This document shows positions 12,866 through 23,700 of a stretch of 64,000 nucleotides of DNA, piece after piece (position 1 is the stretch's first letter; every line of letters starts with the position of its first letter). The notes under the pieces were generated by a model that worked only from the letters and a program-made list of their open reading frames with translations, made no database searches and was not told the DNA's origin. The translations under genes were made by a program, and so were the position numbers. This stretch comes from Lepidodermella squamata (lineage: Eukaryota; Animalia; Gastrotricha): contig JBLDXI010000029.1 of NCBI GenBank assembly GCA_047495785.1, forward strand, positions 434,001-498,000, read 5' to 3'.

Positions 12866-15800
12866 TCAAAGCATCATCTTGACCATATTGACGTAGCCGC
12901 AGCCGACGCACGTCAACACGTACTTGCGACACCTGGTCGCATAATCATCATCATCGTCGTCATCCTCCTCGCTACTCTCATCCGCATCATCCTCATCTTT
13001 CTGCTTACCCTCCTCTTCCACCTTACGCCGTTTCGCACTTTTAATCGCACGCTTCACCCGCAGCGCATCGTCAATGTGGAAACGAACGGCGAAGAAGTCG
13101 AAAATCGACCGCAGCATTTGAGCAGTGGCCGGCGTCATCGGGCCAATCAGCACCTTGCTGACATCAGCCGGGCCCAGCGCCATCATCGCGACAGTCAGCA
13201 CTTGATGGACGGAATCGACGCAGCCGCCCTTCCAGATCTCTTGCATGAGCAAATGGGCGCATTCCTTGCCAATATCTTCGGGTAGGACAGCCGTCTGGCC
13301 GCGCGGGTTCGACGCCAGTTCGGCCGTGTATTTGCATTCGTTTGTCGTTTCGGCCATGAGGGAGATGCCGAAGCCGGGCGATTTGCCCGACTGCTCGCCC
13401 GCACAGTGGTCCGAGTACAGGTAGACATCGGCGACGTAGCGATTCAGCACTGATCGCGCTGATTCGATGATGCGATTGACGGTGTTCGGCGCAACTCGAC
13501 AAGCCCATCTAAAAAATATAAAAAACGTGATGATAAATTATAAATGTTACATGTGACTTACACTGTGCCACGAATGCGTCTAACTTTGCCCGGCTCCACA
13601 AGCTGGATAGGCCTCAATTTCGCTCGGATTGGGCACGTGAAGCTGATAAGACCGCCACCTTCTGGCGGCATGCCGCGTCGCTTGATTTTCAACTCCAAGC
13701 CTTCGTCCGTGCCGAGAAATCGCTGCAACAACGGCAGAGAAGAGTATTTGATCAGATCTACGGACGAATCGAGCGGGCACCACGTCAGCCCGCTGAGAGT
13801 GGCATTCAGGCTCTGCTTGCAAAACGGCGCCAGCATCATGAGGCCCTCGAGGAAGTAGCCGATGCCGCGTTGCAGGCCGCAGTCGAACTCGATTGTGCCG
13901 CCTCGAAGGGCGCCGGGCCGCAGCTCGAAGCGCGTACCCGTTTTATTTATGAAAACTGACGAGCCATTCGTGACTTGTTCAATCAGCCGCAAAAATTTCA
14001 CTTCATAATCTGAAATGGAAGAAAATGCAGGCATTTGAACCAAAACTTTTTCCTTCGCAATCTTAGTAAGTCGCGAATTTATAGTAATTCTTAGCAAAGT
14101 CTCTCATTTCCGCCAATCATTCGACTTTCAAGGAACAATGTGTCCCAAAATTCTCACAAAATGTTGCACCCATTTGTAAATTAATCCCACTTCACTTAGT
14201 GCGACGTTTCGACTTACGATTCGACTCGAATTTTGAATCAATTGTCATTTTTGTGCATGAAATCACCCAGGAAGGGCGCATGTATAAAAAAATGCTTTCA
14301 AAATCCACCTTGATTTCGAGTTAATTGTCATTTTTACGTGAAAATGCATATTCAGGGAGCCAGTTTCAACGGGTTAATTTTTTTTCTTGCCACGTGTTTA
14401 AATTGTTTTCTTGCGGCCACGCGCCCTCATAGGAATGAACGAGAGGATGACGGTGATGATCAATCTATCGATTCGGTTACTCAGCCAGGCCCATCCGTGG
14501 ATTTAGGCCTCTTCTTACCGGAACTTCGAATCGACCAAGGAGAGGACGGCCGCCAGGTCCCGCACGAGGCAATTCTGGTCGCGTTGAGAAGCTAAGACGT
14601 GGTAGGCGTGGAGTGCGGGGTGGACGTGGCCGCGGTGCTAATAATGGTCGCTGAATATTTCCCGATTAAAAAATGTACTTGGTTTATTAATAAATATGTT
14701 GGCAAGATGAAAAAGACGTGGTTGATCATGGTTGATGTTACATACTAAGGAAGCTAACATCTCGGGAAAAAAATAAATTCAAATATCAGCGCAAAAGCTT
14801 TTGTCTGCCTGAATAATTTTCCGCCACAGCCGCAGCAAATTTCCGCTACGAAAATTTCCGCCGAGTGCAATTTCCGCTCGGAAGAACATGCACATAACGC
14901 CGCGCGCAACGCGCATTTCCGCTTATTAGCTTTCCGCTACGAAAAATCGATGAAAAATGAATTGAGTAGGAACAGCATGGCAGGCAACTAGGTTTAGTTG
15001 CTTATTGCTGTCACTTCATTCCTAATATTACGCGAAAAATACACGCAAATACTCAATTCCTAAAATTTACATTGGAACATGGACCTACAACCCGAGGATG
15101 GATTTACCACTAAAGGAAAGCCTTTGAAACTTTACAAGGGCTTCTTGTACCGGCAGGCCGGCAAGAAATGGCGATGCTTAGAGGACATTTGTGGAGTTTA
15201 CTGTCAATTCAATGCCAGTGGCTTCGAAGGACCAGAGCCAACCCACAATCACTTGGCCAATCCGGAAAAGGTAAACAAGGTCTTCACAACTAACAGAATT
15301 CGACGGCGTGCTGCCGAGGATGGGACGGATCTCGAAACAATTTTTGACGAAGAATCTCAAAGGGTAAATTTTAGTGATAGTATCAATAAATCTCAATGAG
15401 TCTATTATTTTTACCCGAAGTTGAAACAGGAGCATGGAGAAGCTGCGAGATTTCTTATGCCAGAATTTGATCAATTGAAAGCGTCGTTAGCTAGGAAAAA
15501 ACGTCGCTTGCAAGAGCCTATTAACCCTGAGACGCCTGCGGAATTAGTCGCCATTTTAAATGGAGATATAGGCGCTAATGTAGATGTGACTCCCTACACC
15601 AAGTCATCTAATGGAGCTCGGTTTCTGCTAGCAGCAACGAGCGAAAACGGCGAATCAGTAATCATTTGCGCAACTGATAACGATCTTTGTCGCTTGGCGA
15701 ATGCAGAAAGGTGGTACATCGATGGCACATTCAAAATGGTACCTGGTTATTTTTTTTCTAAAATTTTTTCCAATTATGGAATTTTCACTAGGAACTACCA

Positions 15801-17276
15801 TCAGAATTTTCGCAACAATTAGTCATCCTAGCCAGCGAAAATGATGTCATGTATCCGCTATGTTTTGCACTTATCAGCTCAAAATCTCATGCAATTTATC
15901 AGAAATTGCTCCAATTACTGAAAGCTCATTGTGAAGCGCATCTACAGTGTGAATTGCGACCAGCGGAGGTAACTACGGACTTTGATACTGGGTTAATACA
16001 AGCTATCGCCGCCGAATTTCCGGAAGCCACGATCATCGGCTCTTATTTCCACTATTGCCAAGCTATTTTTGACCAAATAATCACACAAGGTTACAAGGTT
16101 TGTTTTCATGGCAATTGTAACGCTGGGATTATGTTGTTTGACTTTCGCTTAGCATTTTTACCAAGAAAACCAAAGCTTTCGCCAGTGGACACGGAAATTG
16201 ATGGCACTGGCATTTCTACCCGAAGATCAAGTTCCAATTTATGCTCAGAAAATTATCGCCGAAGTCGAAACGTGCGAACAGGAGAATTTCATTGAGTATT
16301 TTGTCTCTCAATGGTTCAACAATCCGAATATACCGATTGCCAATTGGAACGTTTACGGGCGAGATACGAGAGCAAGTACTGCTTTGAAAGGTTGGAAAAC
16401 ACTTCTGATTAATGTTTTCACAATTTTCCCAATCACTGCTAGATTATCATGGTCGATTTGGCCACGGCCAACAGAAATTGACTGCGTGGCAATTTCTTCG
16501 GAAACTCAACGACGAAGAACGCCATTTTCGACTCTTGAGATTGGCAATGATTGTCGAAAGCAAAGGTATCTTAATTATTTAACTAAATATTTGGCTCGAA
16601 ATTACTCATTTTCGCAGGGCATCGCCGTCTTCCCAAGCACAACCGCGTCAATAAACAGATCGAAAAGCTATTCGAAAGTTTTCAACACGGTCAGATAAAT
16701 TTGAATGCATATTACGAAGCCGTTCAAAGCTACGTAACAGAGTGGTGCGATTTCATGGTAACAACAGGGACACCTACTGTCAGCGCAAGCCCGCCCGTAG
16801 AATTTACGTGGTCTTCAAATGATGCCACCGGAAGCGAAACGACCCAAGGAGAAGACGAAATTTAAATTTGTTTGAGTTATTACGAAAAATAAATCAATTC
16901 GATGGGCTTTGAATTTTGATAATTATTTGCGAAAATCGAAAATTGTTAATTGTTCCCAATTTTCATGGGTTGAATCGAGTTTATATCTAGAAAAAATCCA
17001 GAATCCCCCCTCCCTATTGGTCGGGAAAATTGTACTAGATTAATATCATTCTAAACTGAAAAAATTGCACTGACCTCTCAAACCAGGAGCTTCGTCGAGA
17101 TGGCGAATATTGCGAATGCTTAGAAAACGCCCTGATAGAACCGACAAGACGATTCGCTGACGAAGAAAGCTGGAGCCTTCTGCTTCTAGCACTTGCTGAC
17201 CACTGGCACGCGACACCACTTTGGTGCCATTCACCTTCGGAATATATTCCGCCGCCAAATCTTCGATCACATCCAT
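12866..17276 (-). CDS. RCL1: RNA 3'-terminal phosphate cyclase-like protein (rRNA processing), 3 exons, 430 aa
   Basis: Exons 17276-17075, 14009-13562, 13508-12866; frame closes. Motifs FLRQRIVLSVLSG, PGLRDYEVKFLRL, RGIGYFLE..LAPF, RRGMPPEGGG, SGKSPGFG, GGCVDS, C.G.GY.N. Confidence 0.95.
14818..14945 (+). repeat. Cluster of six TTTCCGC motifs upstream of the MULE-derived gene
   Basis: Copies start at 14818, 14840, 14855, 14871, 14916 and 14931; two extend to tttccgctacgaaaa. Confidence 0.7.
15079..16865 (+). CDS. FLYWCH zinc finger + MULE transposase-domain protein, probably domesticated; 6 exons, 505 aa; nested antisense in RCL1 intron 1
   Basis: Exons 15079-15363, 15421-15738, 15792-16097, 16153-16390, 16443-16565, 16618-16865; frame closes. 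FLYWCH: YKGFLY..WRC....C..HNH. MULE: WYIDGTFK, TTDFD, GSYFHYCQA, LMALAFLP, WNVY. AATAAA follows near 16888. Confidence 0.88.
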
Positions 17277-17747
17277 CAATAAAACAACAAAAATCTCTAA
17301 AATAAATTGAGAATAAATCAATTTGTAAAGCTATTTATTTTTATTAATATCAATAACCGGTCGATGTTTTTGTGACTACAAGTGGACGAGAAAGCAAGCG
17401 TAAGCAAGCAGGAGGAGACACAATCGATCACCATTTTGTCATGGCATCAACAAAAACGGGCTATATCCCAGCCAAAGGCACTAGCGGCGGTAATTTCAAT
17501 TTTAAATCAGTGACTAAAAAGCCTCTCACCGAACCACAAAATTGAGTACAAAAAATGAGCATATGAAGCTTTTTTAAAGAGCTCACCATTCACCATATTG
17601 CTTTCGCAAATACCTTAATACACAGCACAAAAAGTATTTACAAAAAGACACCACACACACTAATTCGACCGAAAAATTGACTTGAAATATTTTAAGAAAA
17701 TATATAAAACAAAAATTGCGATAACAAAAATCGGCGTTGTAATACTG

Positions 17748-20700
17748 CTACGACGGTTGTTGGTCGAGAGAAAATGCAGATTCGACCAATTTTTCGAGAA
17801 TAGCCGCCGATAATGCGTCTAGCGGGTCGTTCACGCCTCGTTGAATCCATTTCGGGATGGTCGACCTGGCTTGGTTGAATCCGAGGCGAACCAACACTCG
17901 TTCGATGCCGCCAGTATCGATTTCTCGGCCGAAAGTCAGCAGCCGGACTGTTGGATTCAACAGCCATTGCGTTGTTAGGAACTGGCGAACGTCGAGCTGT
18001 AACGCTTCCGTTGGGTTTGGCACCTGTGATGAGCTCGTTGATGCGCTGGTTGAACGTTGTTTCGAACTGGTTTCGTTGGCGGACGGGCTCGCGGCGGCAG
18101 CTGGTGGGGCGCCGCCGGATATCACGTTCAGGTAGGACCGGATCAAATCGTGTAGGAAAATGATGGATTCGGCGTTGAAGGACACGAATAGATGGTCGTA
18201 GAAATCCGTCTGCACTGAACACGCCACCATAGGCCGAGGTCCCAATTTTGCTTCATTCCACTCTAAATAGGCAAGAAAAATTTATAATAAAAATGAATTT
18301 TTTATTTATAAGCAATTTAATAAGCAATTGATCGTTTAATTTGAATAAATTTGAATCATTAAATTGCACAAGGTTCCAAATTGGCGTGCTTGGCTACTAA
18401 TGAAACGAATTTATTGTATCAAAAAATTATTTATGAAAATTAGCTTTTTGGGGTAATCTGAGCTGAGAATGCCCAGGGCTTCTCAACCCTAAAATCAAGA
18501 ATCCCGGAAGACTAGAACCTTTCAAAAAATGTCGATAATATATCAACAAATTTCATTCTAAAAAATTGAAAACGAGCCAAAATCCAACTAATTCTCACCC
18601 GATTTTTCTATTTTCAAAAATTCTTACCGGATCAACATTTTCAACGAAAACACCGCTATTTCCGACAATTTTGCTGCTTCAAATTTTGTTCACTTTCAAT
18701 TGTTGAGAAAATATCTTGTTTGAGAATGATTATATTCTGATGAGCGATTTTCTTCTTTGAACTGCTAAAATAATTTGGTTTGATAATTCAACGTACCAGT
18801 GATAGGCGGCATGACAGCCAGCGATTGATTCTGCTCACTGCGCAAGTGCAACGACGCAGCCGGCAGTTTGAAGATGACCTCCGTCTCATGCGCATAGTCC
18901 GACCGCGCCGATCGCTGGCCGCTGATAGACGCAACCGGGAAATCGTCCAAATCCTTCACCTCCGAGCAACTAAACGCGTAATGGAACCAATCGGCCGTAC
19001 TGCGCAACTGTCGCGTCAACATCGCCGATTTCTGCTCGATAATTCGCATAACCGTGCCGGCAATGTTTGTGCCAGCCGAGGAGGACCAGTCGACGTGCCG
19101 CCGGTCGGGCGATTGCGCCAGGCTGAACTCGAGCATCTGCAAAATGTGAATGCCCGGCGGCTGCACGTCAATCATCTGCGGCGATGTGTTGAACGTCGAC
19201 GAGGCGCCTCTCAACACGAACAACGCCCACTGCGACGCGTGGAACGTCGAGCCGTGGAAACACGCCAGCACGGTGTTTTTCGTAGACAGCGTCATCATCG
19301 CGTTGAACATGATCGAGTCGACCTCGCGAGACGGCAGCCACTCCGCCTTAGCTTTGACCATTCGGTCGAGGATCGGCTGCCAGTGACGGTGCAGTCGTAG
19401 ACCAGGCGGCGGGGTCGCAACAGCCGCCTTAATTTCAGCCACGATTTTCTGCGTGGTCTGCCGGCTGCCTAAATCGCCGAACGCTGATGTCCACAGCTGC
19501 ATTGAGTCAGTCAACTGCTTATCAATCGACTCCTTCACGCTAATGCCCAATTTCACCAAATCTGACGTGGTCGCGCTTGAAATGATCAAATGAAGGTGTT
19601 CAGTACTGATTTCACCGTTCAAACTGACGGATGTGCCAGTTTTTCGCCGACCCTTCAGAATGGTGTCTACAAACCATTGCGTGAAGAAGTGGACCGATAG
19701 CGAGCTGATGCGTCCGATGAAAATCAACGTGCCACGGTACTCAACTTTTGTCTCGACTTCTTGCAAATTCAAGAATAAACGGTGAACCGGCGGCCGGTTT
19801 CGGTGGTGGCTGACCATGACGAAGGCATTGAACCCGGAGACGGAGGCTTCCCCGGCGACCAGGCCGCTGGTCGATAGAGCCGAACGGGCTAGTCGTGTGT
19901 GGACCTTCACGAAACGGCCGCCGTCGTTATCAACGGCAACACCGCCATAAACCCGGAAATCGTCGTTGTTCCACTCGGTTTTGTACATGATTTGATCCAT
20001 CCGCAACTCGACGTCTAATTTCGATAGACGAACAGCTGGTAGGATGATGTGGCGAGACTGGATGGCTGGTCTATCCGGGCCGAGGGACTTCGGCTCGTCG
20101 GAATTCACGCCGGGTTTAGCCGGTACCTGGGTGGCGCCGGAGCCAAACAAAACACGCCGCATGAGTGGTTTCGAGTACCACGCCTTTAAAATGCTCATAA
20201 TTTCGTTCAACCGGCGGACATCAAGTCGGAAAAACGCCGATCCAATGTCGCAGACAATCGACAGTTTGATGTTCAACTCGTCAGTTGCGGTCGAATCGAC
20301 GGAATGCGTCATGACATTGACCTTCTTCGCCCAGTATCGCGCGAAATTGATGCGAATCGTGCCGAGTTGGACGGAGACCGGGTTTTTCCCGCGTGCCACA
20401 TCGGGCAGTTCCGAGGCGTTTGACGTCCGCGAACTCGTCGAACGGCCCTGTCTCGGCACCGTGTTCTCCTCGCCCACAGGCAACGGGTGGTACACGACAA
20501 AGGTGAAATTACTCAAACTGGTCGTGACGCAGAAACCGCCGGACATTTCCTCGACGCCAGGTTTCGCCGTTGAGGAATTTCGAGGCGATGACAGGCCGTT
20601 GCTTGAATTCTGGTCACCCTTGCTAGCTGTTGAGAATAGCAGGTCGAGGGATGGCAGTTGAAGCCGGCACTCTAAACGGCTCGTTGGGAATGAGCTGAAT

Positions 20701-23700
20701 TTGATGACTGAAGGCTGGACTGAGACGTAGACTGCGACATCGACCGGTACTGAGCCGACGCCTAATCCACTCGAGGCGGCAGTTGTCGACCCGGACAGGG
20801 CGGAACTAGTCGGTCCGACCGTCGTAGCCTCGATGTTATCATTATTCGTCGAGCTAGCCGAATCAGCCGATGACGGCACACCGCCCCTTGACGAGGAGTC
20901 AGCGTCAATTCCTGAGGCGGTGCCCGGGGTGGTACCAGGACCGTCCTGGCCATGGCGGTCGATATTGCCGTAAAACGACGAGGTATGCGGTAACTTATCG
21001 ACAATTGGGTCGAAAGCCTGCTCGAAGAACCTGATCAGCCAAGGCGTTAGCACCGTCTCAGTCGGGAAGGTCTGGATAGCTATCCAAGCGTGAAGCGCGC
21101 CCCGCTTCGCCGCAGCCACGCGACCCGGCACTTCAACCACCGACTGCGTGCCAACCGAGGCGTATCGGACCCTGGTTGACAGCGCCGGAATGTAGAAAGT
21201 CGTCGCGTGTTCGACATCTATCAACGACCCCATCATCGGATCGGCGGTCAAAAACCGGCGGGACATATCAATCCGGGGCGATCTACCGTCGGATAGCCCG
21301 GACTTAGGCTGGTCGTCCGGTTCCTTATTCGGGTACAGCCAGCATTCGCCTGAGCTGATTTTGAAATGCAGATTGAACTCTTTATCAACAACCGGTGTGA
21401 CTACGTTTGACGTTTGACTCAAACCACGTTGTCGATAGGCGGCTGCTGAGCTGAGCGAACCGCCGGATTGGTCGAGATTTTGTTGTTGGAACTGCGTTTG
21501 GAAGTTTTGTGGCTTTTTCGCGACGCTAACCGAAACCGTTCCGCCGTCTTCAGCGTCCGAATTTTCAGCAGACGAATGGATTGCGGACTGAGAGCCGGCT
21601 CGAGAAATTTCAGCCGAACCTCCGCCTTGTTCGTGGTGCGTTTCCAACAGCGATTTTTGCAGCGAAAAATGGGCTGGCTTTATCGAACCAATCATCAAAG
21701 CCGATCCGCTCGATTTCGACCTGCGATGGTACTTCTTTGAATTCGATCGCGTTGTGCCGGATGAATTCAACGCTGCTTGGACGGGTTCGACGCCGGCTAG
21801 TCGTGATAAGTTGTCCTTCAACAACTGCTGGCCGCTGCCCTGGAATCGATTGTAGAACGTGCGTTTGAACTCGGTCGCGCATAATTCTTCCAACGCGCGC
21901 AGTTTTCGCTCTTCCGCTGCGATTTTCGTCGGATCCGATTTAGTTGCGCGCAGATCACCGATGAGGGTCGATAGCCGCTCCATTTCAGTGGTGATTATTG
22001 TCGATTTCCGGTTAGGGTCGATCGTTGGATCGCTCAAAGCGGCGATAACGGCTTGCGGCAACATTTCCTATTCGAAAGAAATTAGAAAATAATGAGAATT
22101 TAAATTAAATTATGCGAATGGGCATATTCAAAAAAAAATTGAATTTAAATCAAATGAAATTTAAATCTATCAGATCTTTAAAAAATTCACGAACCTGAAT
22201 GCTTTCGGCAGAAAGAAGCTCCTTGACTTCGTCTCGCTCTGAGACCTCTTTCTTATTGACCTTTTTACCGACCTCAGTCTCCGGTTCGGCTTTCTCGTTA
22301 TCAGGGGTCGTCGACCCAACCTCCTCGCCAGACATTAGCGTCAAAGTATTACCCAGCAGTGACAATTTCTCGCCAATTCCAACGCCACACCGGACGTAGA
22401 TACCCTGCGTCTGCCACTGCACACTCACGAGCAGTTTCGCATTTTCCGCCTCAGTCAACGGACTGACGGTTTTCGAACAGATAGAAAACGAGCCCTCGGG
22501 TACAGAACACGAGTCTTGGACGAACTTCACGAAACTCGACCCGCCAGCAACAGGGATTTTGAGCTGCTGCGGCGCCCAAGATCCCTCGCGATACGGCGAG
22601 AAATCGTCGGCAAAACGCAGGCAAAACTGCTCGAAGGTACCTCGGCTTACAAGGGCCTGGCTCGTGAAGGCCGAAATCTGACTCCGGTCTAGCGTAATCA
22701 CTAGAGCGTGGCCACTTTCAACCGGATCCGACAGCGTTGAAGCATCGCCATACGTCGCTAGGTTCATCTTCGGATTCGTGAAAAGCGGCAAGGCAATGCC
22801 GAGATTTTCAACTTTGAACTCGATGAACGGCAAAACCGCGGTTGGTTGCACTGGGGTAGCGATTTGGGAAATGGCCGACTGCAACCGCCTGGTCGCCAGT
22901 TGAAACTGCCCACTTTTGCGCTGTTCAACCCAGAAATCGTAGGCCTTCTTGTAGTTCAACCACAACATCAGGCCCTTGTCGATCGCGGTAGGTCTGATCA
23001 AGATTTGAGGCTGAGATAACGTGATTTTCAACCCGTCACGGGTCGGTAAATCGCCGAGGCTGGTTTCTGAGGCTGACGTGACTTGAACTCGGGTTTTGAA
23101 GAAACTCAACTGGTTAAATTCCAAAGAATTCACACCGTAATTTGCGCCGACCAACTGACCCAGTGACACTTCAATGTTCCCACTTGCCTCGGTGAATAAC
23201 CGCAACGGGTGAGATTGGTCATTTCGACTACCCCCGGACAGCGTGTCATCCTTACTCGATAGCGTCAATTGAAGAAGGCCGGTTTTCAGTTGAACCGCGC
23301 TGTTAGTCGGCGATGTTGCCGTCAGTTCGATGGCTTGAATCCTGAATTTGATGTTGTACTTGAAAACAGCCGATTGCGGCGCCTGCTTCGCGCTATCGTC
23401 CGGGAAGAAGTCGGCATTTGCGTCATTAGACGCCTTAATCACGTTCCATGGCTGGTTTTTCGGCGACCCTGACGCGATTTTCATGACAACATCGCTGATT
23501 TCGCTTAGGAAAGCGCGTTGCACAAAAATCAGCTGGTTTAGAATGGTCGAGTCGAGTCGATTTACAATCGGGCCCATTTCGGCTAGAACCACTAGCTGTT
23601 GAGGGACATTAGCGAAGGTATCCTGAAAAATTTGAAAAATACATTTTAGATCAAAGAGTTTTCTGAACTCTTACCTGGCTATCACTGACAATGCCGCTGT

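Noticed and set aside
14010-17074. Active Mutator element
   Set aside because: No TIRs or target-site duplication found by eye, and the catalytic Glu appears substituted.
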